DNA of 64,000 nt. It comes from Octopus vulgaris. Its lineage: Eukaryota. Positions 52,710 through 64,000 of this stretch are shown piece after piece. The stretch lies in the NCBI GenBank assembly GCA_951406725.2, contig OX597828.1, positions 53,878,001 to 53,942,000 of the forward strand, read 5' to 3'. The translations under genes and the position numbers were made by a program. The stretch's first letter is position 1; every line of letters begins with the position of its first letter. The notes below the pieces were generated by a model, which saw nothing but the letters and a program-made list of their open reading frames with translations, did not search any database and was not told the DNA's origin.

Positions 52710-53010
52710 ATGCGTGGCACCTTAGGCGAGTGTCTTCTGCTATAGCTTTGGGTTGACCAAAGCCTTGTGAGTGGATTTGGTAGGCGGAAACTGAAAGAAG
52801 CTCGGCGTGTATATATATATGTGTGTGTGTCCCACCACCGCTTAACAACTGGTATTAGCGTGTTTACATTCCCGTTACTTAGCGGTTCGGCAAAAGAACA
52901 CAACAGAATAAGTACCAGGCTTTAAAAATAAAATACTGGTGTCGATTTATTCGACTAAAACTTCTTAGGGACAGCATGGCTGCAGTCTCACGACAAACAA
53001 CTAAGGAATG
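52710..53010 (+). mobile_element. SINE family A, 5'-truncated
   Basis: Collinear with other A copies. Confidence 0.85.
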
Positions 53011-53519
53011 AAAATTACACACACACACACACACACACTATCATGGTGATGATTGCAGAGGAGAAGTTGTATATATTTATGCCCGTAGTATTAGTGATGC
53101 TGGTGATTGTCGTGTTCCCGTCATAGAAATTTAATGTGGATTTATTATTTAAACCAATTTGTTCTTGATTGATTTAAGACATGATTAAAAACGCTCTAGA
53201 CGTGATATTCCTGTTTTACTTTAGTCTTTTTGCGGTCTTTTCCAGACGTATATGTCCTTCCTTTTAGGAGTATGATGTGATTTCAGAGGCGAGTGACGGG
53301 AGCATTTCGGCTGATATTTCTAGCAAACTGAGGCTCCTTTTATATAGCGCATATCACTGAAGTGGTTCGTTGTGATGGTGGTGGAGGTGGTGATAGCTGC
53401 GAGTTATGGGCGATGATGTTTGGCGATGATGTTAACGAAACAATCAAGAAAGGACGAACGAACAGGCGAAACAACAAAAGAAAAAAAAAGGGCTCAGAAA
53501 AAAGGAAAAAAAAACTCTC

Positions 53520-53572
<53 letters not shown>

Positions 53573-54020
53573 GTTCACAAAGAAGAAAACAACAAAAACA
53601 AAAAAATAAATATTGCCGACAGCCACATAAAAGACGAGTCAAAAATAATTGCTTGTTATGTAAAGAGGGAGAACAACTGGAGTCAAAGAAGAGCCGTGTG
53701 TGTGTGTGTGTGTGTGTTGTCACATAGCCACACACGCACTACCGCCATTACCCTACTGGCCCTACCCCCCACCACTATAATGAAGGGAGAAAAAAAAAAA
53801 AGCAAGAGCAACGCCGATATTTAATAATTGAAAAACCTTAAGGAAATTAACATGGACGTCACTCCGAATAAGTCAGCCATGTAGATGTTTGTAGGACACT
53901 CCAAATGACACTCCATATTGACTAATGACGTCTTCGTGGCTGCATGCGTGTGGGGACGGGGGTGGGGTTGCTTACCGGCGTGCTTCCGAATGAAGTTTGG
54001 CATGCGATTATATATATATG

Positions 54021-54165
<145 letters not shown>

Positions 54166-54177
54166 GTGTGTGTGTGT

Positions 54178-54225
<48 letters not shown>

Positions 54226-54537
54226 GTGTGTGTACACATACACAAAACGCACGCGTGCGCGCACACACTTAGAACGTCGTAATTCCAAAGCCAAACTCCC
54301 AACCGTTCGACTATTAAACATACAGGGGTCTCCGTCGGTTTCGAATCTGAGTATTCATTTGTTTGATCAACTGAATTCCCTACTTATTTAATTAACGTGT
54401 TACTGGCTGACCATTCCACAGGTATGTGTGCCTTTAACGCAATTCTCAAGAAATATCATCGTAGCACTGTATACCCATCGTAGCTGGTTCTTTAAAACTC
54501 GAATCCAATCTATCTGGCATGGTTCCGCACATTTTCT

Positions 54538-54724
54538 TATTTCTTTATTGTCCACAAGGAGATACACACAGAGGGGACAAACAAGGACAGACAAACGGAT
54601 TAAGTCTATTACATCGACCCCAGTGCGTAACTAGTACTTATTTTATCGACCCCGAAAGGATGAAAGGCAAAGTCGACCTCGGCGGAATTTGAACTCAGAT
54701 CGTAATGACAGACGAAATACTGCT
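54538..54724 (-). mobile_element. SINE family B lacking head
   Basis: Starts at GTATTTCGTCTG and ends at tail 1. Confidence 0.8.
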
Positions 54725-54833
54725 ATGTGTGGTTCCGCACAGTTTTTGTCAACCCGATTTCTCTCACAAGGCCTGGGTCGACCCGAAGCAGTTAACTAAC
54801 ACAATGGTAGAGGGCGTACGATATCTGACTTAC

Positions 54834-54884
54834 CTGAAAGGTCAAACAGTTCAAGCAATCGATAGGGACAACTGTACAAAGTTC
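54834..54884 (-). CDS. Candidate 51-nt cassette exon
   Basis: AAACAG|GAAC..TTTCAG|GTAAGT (consensus donor, weak acceptor); open in phase 0 and phase 1. Confidence 0.2.
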
Positions 54885-55139
54885 CTGTTTATTTTAAGGG
54901 CAGAACGGCACTTCAGGTGGAAAATTAAGTTTTCTTTACTAAAATTGGAACTACACATGTAAGATTGAAATTGATGTTTTTACTTCATGTTACAGAGTAC
55001 TCGGCAGAGAAATAAGCATACGCCCCCAGTACACGACACCGGAGGCCCAAAACGTGATGAACTCTCACCGCATTTGAACATAGAACATAAACACATACGG
55101 TGTTAAGTTGGTTTGTTAATTGTGTGTTAACAAAAATGG

Positions 55140-55530
55140 TTTAAAAATTTCGCACAAAGCCAGCTGTTTTGGGAGAGGGGTTTAAGTCGATTAAATCGAC
55201 TCCAATATTCAGCTGGTAGTTATTTTATCGAAACTTAAAAGGAAGAAAGCCAAAGTCGACCTCGGCAGAATTTGAACTCAGAACGAGACGAAATATCTAT
55301 TTCTTTACTACCCACAAGGGGCTAAACACAGGGAGGACAAACAAGGGCAGACAAACGGATAAAGTCGATTATATCGACCCCAGTGCGTAACTGGTACTTA
55401 ATTTATCGACTCCGAAAGGATGAAAGGCAAAGTCGACCTCGGCGGAATTTGAACTCAAAACGTAAAGTCAGACGAAATATCGCTAAGCATTTCGCTCGGC
55501 GTGCTGACGATTCTGCCAGTTCACCGCCTT
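55140..55530 (-). mobile_element. SINE family B dimer
   Basis: Same architecture and junction as 37202-37585; another decayed copy at about 55715-55855. Confidence 0.85.
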
Positions 55531-57285
55531 TCTAACATTGTGATTTGGTCACAAATTTAGAAGCAGAAGGAGAGGATATGTGTGTGGTGGGGTCCTCTCT
55601 GGATTATGACTTCACCAGCACATTAGTTTTTTTCTTATGAACACCCATACCACAATGAAAGAGAAGTAAACTTCTCCGAGACCTACACTTTCAAATCATT
55701 CGCAATGATAATAAGTTACTTTTACTATAAGGCACATGACCAACAATTATAGATGGGATGGTTAAGTTAAATACATCGATCCAAGAACTCGATTTTATCG
55801 GTTCCGAAAGGATGAAAGTTTAAGTCGACTTCGGCGGATTTTGAACTCAGAATGTGATGGGACACAACTAAATAACCGCAAGAACCTTATCCGAAGTTCT
55901 AATTTGGCTATCAATGCCAAAGTATAACTGATGTGCGTGCGTATTTGTGTGTGTGGCAAAGCCATCTTTGCTTAACAAGGGGACAAAATTTAAAAAATCA
56001 AGCACGCAGTCGGATTTGATCTTAGGACAGAGAGAGAGCAGGAAATTGAGGTCGTCAACAGCAGCGGTCATCTCCAGTGACCTCATGTCCATCATGAATG
56101 GCAGATCTATATGTAAAGACTTTAAAAAAAAATAATAAACCAACGAAAGAATAAACCCCACCACCATCAACCAGTCACCTACCTAACCAGCCAGCCAGCC
56201 AGCCAGGCAAGGAACCAAACAAGGAACCGAGTTCCTTGTTTGACAACAAAATAAGTAATTCCTGTCCAATAATCTGTGCAACTTTGGCCCATTGAAGTCA
56301 GTCAAAAGCGAAAGTTTGATTCCAATACAGTTTGACATTTTGTTAATTAAATAACTCTTATTTGTCTTTAACACACACACACACACACACGTGCGCACAT
56401 GTACCTACGTACCTATGTGTGCCAGTGTATATGACCATGTTATATATTTAATCAAATACTTGTTCTCCTCCAAAACCCACCCACCCACCCACCCACCCAT
56501 CTACCCCACCCCGCCATCACCACCATCACCGTCGCAATGGCAACGAGATGCGATAAGGTAAATAAGATACATAGCGGAATATGTAATTACAAATTAAACG
56601 GAAATGAAAAACAGGAGGCTTGAGGTGAGGGGTAGATCGGGTGGGTTAGGGGTTGGGGTTAGTGGTGATGGTGATGGCGGAGTGACTGCAAACGACGGCA
56701 AGACTGCTGTGAACGAAGCGCAGGCGCATGTGAAGATGGGGTACGAAAGAGAAGGCGGGTGTGTACCAGTGATTGTGTGATTAAAACAAGAATGATGTCT
56801 AAGGACAGAAAACGTCAAAGAACTGCCAGCATTTTGGTAAATAAGGAAATAATGAGATCAACAAGAAGAACAACAATATTGGCATCAACGACAAGATAAG
56901 CACAAGACTTCATTGTAAGAATTGGAAAAGCAACGAAGTAATTAAATAAATAAATAAACGGGCAACTAAAAAAAATCGTCTTTCACTACCCCATCCAGCC
57001 CCGTTCCCTTATTTACTCGTGCACAATACGGATGTTGTGGTTTGTTTCAAAACAAGCCGGAATGGCATAGCTCCACCAGACCGGTATTGTGTGCTACCAT
57101 GTAGGAAATAACCATATCTTGTGAATGGGGAAAAAATAAGAACAATAATAAAACAGAATACAGTCATCATCATCATCGTCATCATAATCATCACCACCGC
57201 TATCATCGTTAACCCAACATCCAGTAATAAGTTATTGACCTCTTCCTCCAACTTATTACGTACCAGTATCTTACATTTATTCTTT

Positions 57286-57700
57286 ACTAGCTAAAAAGCC
57301 GCACTTCGGGGGTGTTTGATTAGGGGTTAAGGGCAGATGAGAATTATTTCTGAAATGCAATCATTCTATTGTTCCAGTCCCAACTGGAATTCCAACTGTT
57401 GGCCAATTTGTCCCAAAGTTTTTATCTCGATGTAAAATCAATGAATCGAATGTATTTTATCACTCCGTTGGTCTCTGATGTCATTTAACAAACGCCAACC
57501 AGTCAAGCTTTACCTCCTAGAAATAGCAACCCAAACGCTTTTAAATTAGATCCCAATGCTGGATGTTCAAAAATCAAATGAAGGGCAGATTTTCGACCCC
57601 GAGATCATCCCGATTCCAAAAAGGTATATGTTTATGTAGAACAATTGTTGACTGAGATACAGGGGTCCCAGACGGACAGAGAATTTCGCTTTTGTTATGT
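57286..57700 (-). mobile_element. Possible non-autonomous Helitron-like element
   Basis: Minus strand starts ATAACAAAAGCGAAATTCTCTGTCCGTCTG and ends with a short GC hairpin and CTAG-T. Confidence 0.4.
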
Positions 57701-57869
57701 CATTTTCACACGAATTGTCTGAGAGGAGAAAAAAAATGGAATTTACATTATGTTACACATCCTGGAGTATATTTATCAATTAATTCTATTTAAAGAGTAA
57801 ATATTTAGAAGTAGAAATATATATTTTTCAACGCGTAAATACTGATAGAACAGCATGTATAGGATAAAA

Positions 57870-57932
<63 letters not shown>

Positions 57933-57989
57933 TTAGCAGAAGCAACAGAGTGACTCAAGGGCCGAGAGTTTCGTGTGTTGGTACTTACA

Positions 57990-58035
<46 letters not shown>

Positions 58036-59010
58036 CCGGTTAGAAAATAAAGATTTGAAGATGACCTCGGTAAGATTAGAAACCCAGAACGAAAAGATCA
58101 GAAAATAAAATGTCGAAGAAAAACAATTTAGACTTTTAGTCTGATTCTTTACCATTCCTAACCATTCTGTTCTGCTACGGCCGCCCCGAAACCCCCTGAA
58201 TTATAGAAATATCATTACACACGTGATCTGGGTCAATAATAGCCGGAATTTATACGAGGTCAAACAACGAAATAAACAAGCCACAGTAGAGAACAAACAA
58301 TTGTAGTAGTAGTAGTAGTAGCAGCAGCAGCAACAATGATAATAAAGATGATTTCTTCGCAATAAAAAAGTAAACTAGCGAAAGTCCACAAACATAAAGC
58401 TAGAAGTGATGTGTGTTTTTTGGGTTCCACTGCTAACCAAACACAATAAATAATGAAATAACAAAAAAATACACCCAGAAGGGTGGTGACCCCTCGCACC
58501 CTAAGCACCCACCACTCCCCACCGTCAGTTATCAAAATAAAAAAAAAATATATATATATATAAAAAAGACAGTTGATAAAGTAACCATAAATCTTGAAAG
58601 CGAAAATATAAAATACAGCATCGCAACATCGTTTTGTAGTGGTTTGCATTAAGAGAAGCGGTTTAAAACAATAGCATTGATTAACTAAAAATACTGCTAC
58701 CACCGACGCCACACCCCTACTACTACTACTATAAATTATCATCAACAACTACTACTACTGCTACTACTATTACCACTTTTAAAGTCACAACAACGTTTAT
58801 AGCGAAGGCAATACTAAATCACAATAAGAACAACGAAAACATCACCAACAGCATCACATTGAGAATCAAACATACATGCATACACACACACACACATATA
58901 TATACATACACACACATTCATATATAAAGATATATATATATATACACACACACATAAATATGAAATCGTGAAGGCGTTGATAGGGGCGCCATTGGAAATC
59001 ATAATCATCA

Positions 59011-59047
<37 letters not shown>

Positions 59048-60121
59048 TATGTATATAGATATTATATATATTATATATTATATATGCTATATATATTATT
59101 TATGTGTGTGTGTGTGTGTGTGTACATGGTTACCATTGCCACTAGCAGCACAGGCAACATCAAGATCACGTTTGCTCGAGCAGACTTGACCTGGGACGAC
59201 ACGACATCATTATCATCACCACCACTGAAGATACGCAGCAAACAACATCAGAATCAACACAACATAAATCACACCAACACCGCCGCCGCCACCGTGCCCC
59301 ACCCCCACTTCTATCCTTGAATATCGTTCATCAATAGTTAAATCAACAAGGCATCGATGAAGAGAAACATCGCAGTACGAAATATCAAAAAAAAAATATA
59401 TATATAAAAAGGTCTGATGAAAAAGTGGAGAGGTTGTAGTATGAGGTGACTAATAGGGGTTAATAGGGGTTGAAAGTGACAGGGTTAAATACGGATGAAG
59501 GGGAGTTACTGCATTGAATTGAAAAGGGAGAACTGTGTGTAAACCCGGAAGTCAACGATAGAAAACTAATGGTGGAGCAAAATGGGGAACTCGCTTAAAA
59601 GAGATTAGGAAAAGAAAATTAACCAACTACGCTTGATAAAGAAAGATTCTTCTTAAAGATACTCATATACGAGTACTTTTATATGCTAGTGTAATTACTC
59701 TGTGTGTGTGTGTGTGTGTGTGTACACCGATCCAAATAAATATATATACGTTGGTGTTCACATATGAAAGACGATAAGAGGGCCGAACGGAGTGTAAAAG
59801 TGAAAAGAAAAATGATAACTGGTGAACCCTTGTAGAAACTGTAAAATCGGAAAGTTATGGAATGAGGGAAGAAGTGGACAACTAGTGAAGAAACTTTTAG
59901 ACACTAGTTAGACTACAGAATTTATCAAAAGGATGTTTCAACACGCTGCTGTTAGGTCTAGGACGAATGTGTTTTAGGGAGATACTTACATCCATTTGGG
60001 AAGCACACTAGTCAGATGTGTATAATCTCGCATGTATCTGCGTGTGTATGTACAAAATATGAATTAAAAGCAGCGCTAGTGTTGTAAACATTATCGACCA
60101 CACACAATATATGCAATCTAC

Positions 60122-60189
60122 CTGTTCGCCGATAGGCCGCGGTTTAGCGCAGTCAGGATGACTCCCGCGTATATCCATGCCCCATATAT
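60122..60189 (-). CDS. Candidate 68-nt exon
   Basis: GC-rich unique island bounded by TGTGTAG| and CAG|GTAGAT; open in two phases. Confidence 0.25.
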
Positions 60190-60500
60190 CTACACATGCA
60201 CACACACGTATAACATACATTCGCTCATGCGTATATACAAATATATATGCAATGAAATAAAATAAATATACAATACTCTCATCTAATCACAGGTTCTGCA
60301 AAATTACAGCGTACCCAATTTTGGATTACCTTTCGAAACGGCTCCAAGGAGGTATGCATATGAATACCAACAAATAACTCACAATGGTTAGTACAAAACA
60401 TAAGACAGCTAAAAATCACTCTCAACTATTTCTATAGATACTACTTACATAAAATTGAATAAATATTAATAGGTATAATACTATACACACACACACACAC

Positions 60501-61173
60501 ACAAGGGTTAAGGAATGTAGTAAATAAGATTCAGGCTACATGTGTTTCATAGTGAGCGGAACCTCGGAAGTGGTAAATATCCAAGCGAGGTGTATATCGC
60601 AAGCTACTCTTTAGGCCAATTATATCTTGACTAGATGAAAGTTTACATTGTCGCAAAGAAGTACATGTTAACACATGGAAGATAAGATTCAATCAGATTC
60701 TATCTTGCTTCCTTCATGCATGCTTTTTTTCTCTCTCTCTTGACCAAAAATTATTCCCCCACCCTCTCCACATTATCTTTTTTTTTTTTTTTCAAATACT
60801 ACTCCCCTTACTAAGTTCTGTGATTCAGCCAAAATAGCCCTATCGAATACTACCTGTCAAATAACCTTGCTTAAATTTCTTTTTATTCTCACTACCTTAT
60901 GTTTTTTTTATCCTTTCTTTTAATCCTAATTTCTCCCTACATTTATATTCTCCGCTCATACTGTACTCATTCTGTACACATTCTGATTGAATCTTTCATG
61001 TGATGACAAGTACTTCCTTGCGGCAATGTAAGCTTTCATTTAAACAAGATATCCTTGGTCTGAAGAGTAGATTGCGGTATACACCTCGCTCGGATATTCA
61101 TCATTTCCGAGGTTCCGCTTGCTATGAAACATATGTAGCCCGGATCTTATTTACTCGATTCCTTAACTCTTGT
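60501..61173. mobile_element. PLE-type inverted terminal duplication (about 195-bp arms) carrying hammerheads
   Basis: 60501-60697 is a diverged reverse complement of 60982-61173; pyrimidine-rich spacer. Confidence 0.85.
61057..61140 (+). ncRNA. Type I hammerhead ribozyme with extended stem II, intact core
   Basis: GGT CTGAAGA GTAG..GCGG..ACCTCG/CGAGGT..CCGC..CTAT GAAAC ATAT GTA GCC; predicted cleavage after 61137. Confidence 0.8.
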
Positions 61174-61389
61174 ATTCTTATTCGCATATCCGGCAACCCA
61201 GATTGCCTAACGTAAGATATAAAGACCTTTTTTTTCAATTTATCGTATTTCGATAAGAAAAAAATCCACAACCTTCTGTCTCAACAAACCAATATTGTCC
61301 CCGAAAGTTGTTCTTTATATTAACTACGGATTCCTTGAAGCTAACTTTCTTCCTACACCTCGATTCTTAGATCTTATATACATGTATGT

Positions 61390-61558
61390 ATGTACGACAG
61401 GCTTCTTTCAGTTTCCGTCTACCAAATCCACTCACAAGGCTTTGGTCGGCCCAAGGCTATAGTAGAAGACACTTGCCCAAGGTGCCACACAGTGGGATGA
61501 AAACCCGGAACCATGTGGTTGGTAAGCAAGCTACTTACCCCACAGCCACTCCTGCGCC
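61390..61558 (-). mobile_element. SINE family A 5' half
   Basis: Head and CORE-like domain present. Confidence 0.85.
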
Positions 61559-61962
61559 TATATATATATATATATATATATATATGACATTTCTACAAGA
61601 CGTCTAGCGGGAATAAGGTGGTATTTCATTCTGTATATAGCAACAGTTCCTTTAAATTAACAAACAACATATTGTCAAATGCTAACAGATTTCCATAAGA
61701 CTGGAAGAAAACATTTCAAAATACTGAAACCGGGAATAGGGTAAATAGCACAAATTATTCATGACGGGGGAATTGGTCAAGGAAAAGAAGTCAAAATGTA
61801 ATAATTACAAATTAGATTAAGTAATGATTAATGACTTAATCCGTGATAACTCCATATGTAAATGCACTTCACTCTACAGAAGGATTATTGTTAAAATTAG
61901 TCTTATGACTTTTTAAAGTGAAATATGGTTGTCTAAAATTAAGAAGATCCGCATGAACTACC

Positions 61963-62140
61963 CAGGGCGCTTCGTAGGATTATGGGTTACCATTGGTCGG
62001 ATTTCGTATACAGCCAACAGCTCTACTCAGCTCAGACTGTTTGGTCATGTTGATCGATTTTCCGAGTTAGACCCCGATTTCCATGCTCCCTTCACTGAGG
62101 ATCCGGCTGGGTTGATGGCTCGTGTTGGTCGACATTAAGC
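61963..62140 (+). mobile_element. RTE-clade LINE remnant
   Basis: RALRRIMGYHWSDFV / QLRLFGHVDRFSELDP..EDPAG..RVGR. Confidence 0.75.
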
Positions 62141-62507
62141 ATGTAGATACACGTCACCTCATTGCAACATGTGGCAGGCCTGATAATTGCTGAAAATATT
62201 CGGCATGAAACCAATGGTAGCCTTAACCCTTTTATTCATCAATGCAGTGTTGATCACTCATTCTCAATGTTAGATATTAGCGCGCGTATGTGTATATTTC
62301 ATGCTGAGTAGTGTGTGCGTATTCAAGACAGAACATAGATCCATATGTATCAATCACCAAGAGAAAGGTGATTGGCACGAAACCTTTGAATTTATAACAC
62401 ACACATACAAGCGCGCACGTGAGTGGAAACACGCAATTTTAAGAATCACGTAAACCAACTCTGAAAGTGAAATTCACTAACAAATGATAACATACTCCAC
62501 CACCACA

Positions 62508-62539
<32 letters not shown>

Positions 62540-62671
62540 AAGTAGTAGTAGTAGTATTAGCAGCAGCAGCAGAAGAAGCGGAAGCGACAGCATGCAACAT
62601 ATGTCATACGCTGAGGAGTTGCGTCTCAAAATTTGATTCAATATGTTGTCACCGCAGATTAGTGCTTCCAA

Positions 62672-62688
62672 TTACCTTTTACCGAAAC
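62672..62688 (-). CDS. Candidate micro-exon or very short terminal exon
   Basis: CTAAT branch-like motif and TTCCACGCAG|GTTTCGGTAAAAG|GTAATT; 13-nt exon, or phase-1 read-through xFGKR*. Confidence 0.25.
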
Positions 62689-62934
62689 CTGCGTGGAATC
62701 GGTAATTAGCAGAGATGACAGTGGAGACGTAACGAGGTGCCGAGTGACAGCAGCAAGTAGCACACACACATACACACACACACACACACACGCATGCACA
62801 CACAGGTGCATCGATACCTAGACAGGTAATAATACATTATCGTCTGCTCACTCCCACACGTTTACCTATTTACCTGTCTGTCATTGAGTGGGTCTTTATT
62901 TGTATATTCGTCTTTATATTAAGAGTTAGGCCAC

Positions 62935-63346
62935 TTAGTCTATCTACATATGTATAAATAATCTATCTACCTGTCTGCCTCTCGATCTAACTATCTATCT
63001 ATCTATCTATCTATCAACTTACCTACTTGCCTGTTTCCCTCCCTTCTCTCTATCTACCTACATGTCTGTCTCTTTTCTCTCTATCTCTATCTTTTTACAT
63101 ACCTACCTATCTATTTGCCTCTCTTTCTCTCTCTACCTATCTGCCTCTATCTATATAATTGTCTGCCTCTCTATCTACTAGTCTATCCCTCCCTATCTAT
63201 CTACCTCTCCATCTATCTACTTACCTATGTCTGCCCCTCCCTCTCTCTCTCTACCTACCTGCCTGGTCGCTTGCCTATCAATCTATCTGACTGCCAGTCT
63301 GTCTGTCTGTGCACCAGTACATCTATCTATCTGTCTTATCTATCTG

Positions 63347-63378
<32 letters not shown>

Positions 63379-63380
63379 CA
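62935..63380. repeat. Degenerate (TCTA/TCTG)n tract
   Basis: Direct reading. Confidence 0.85.
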
Positions 63381-64000
63381 ACAAATAGACGAAGTGGGAA
63401 TAACTATAAAATACAGGTAAATCTGGATAGATAGTAACACACAAATTACCCATTTAGTGACAGACAGACAGACAAGTATATATATATATATATATGCGTG
63501 CGTGCGTGCGTGCGTGTACGCGTACAGGGTGATAGACAAATATATATGGAGGAAAAATACAAAACATTTTTAAATAGATGAAAGTGCTGAGTCAACAAGG
63601 CCTCGTCTTGCAACGCTACCACCACTACCATTACCACCACCACCACCACCACCACTACAAGACTATAATGGTGGCGAACAAAACAGCTTTTCTTTGCTCT
63701 AAATATGGAAGACCATTAAAACAGTAAGAAAATAATTGAAGAAACAATTACAAAGACAAAACTATAATAAAACCATATTTAAACAAAAAAAACCAGAAGA
63801 TATCATCAGCGACAATATTTTAATGACAAGAACAACAATATTTGATAGTAATGTTGACAACAACAACTGCAGTCTTAGGTATCAATTTATTAATGCGGAG
63901 AGAAACTGTGATGGCATGTGTAATAGAATCTGTTAATAATTTTGACGTAATTGGTTCCAAAGAGAAAGGAGAGACAGATAGGTGGAGGGAGGAGGAAGGG

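Noticed and set aside
53871-53923. Pre-miRNA-like hairpin with GACACTCCA repeated twice
   Set aside because: Pairing is heavily bulged and I recognise no conserved mature miRNA
62672-62688. Neuropeptide amidation signal (GFGKR*)
   Set aside because: Five residues from an unconfirmed exon are insufficient to call a precursor

Overview
Repeat-dense, AT-rich animal genomic DNA. The SINE families and extreme microsatellite load strongly suggest an octopus/cephalopod genome (inference). Nearly all listed ORFs are microsatellite read-throughs. Recognisable content: (i) at least six tRNA-type/SINE-like families; (ii) decayed Penelope-like (PLE), RTE, L1/Tx1 and R4/Dong retrotransposons, Helitron, Tc1/mariner, hAT, piggyBac-like and nested Merlin-like DNA elements; (iii) candidate small exons and a terminal exon/3'UTR of an unidentified minus-strand host gene; (iv) a set of type-I hammerhead ribozyme (HHR) motifs from several unrelated repeat families, mostly inside PLE-style inverted duplications. 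Two HHRs have intact catalytic cores (47413-47483, 61057-61140). The top candidate system is a non-autonomous element joining a tRNA-derived Pol III head to a hammerhead-bearing tail, inserted as a head-to-head palindrome with a 14-bp TSD (23090-23714; second copy 6821-7040). One arm has captured about 165 bp of neighbouring DNA into the ribozyme stem II loop. All calls were made by eye; no searches or folding were run.
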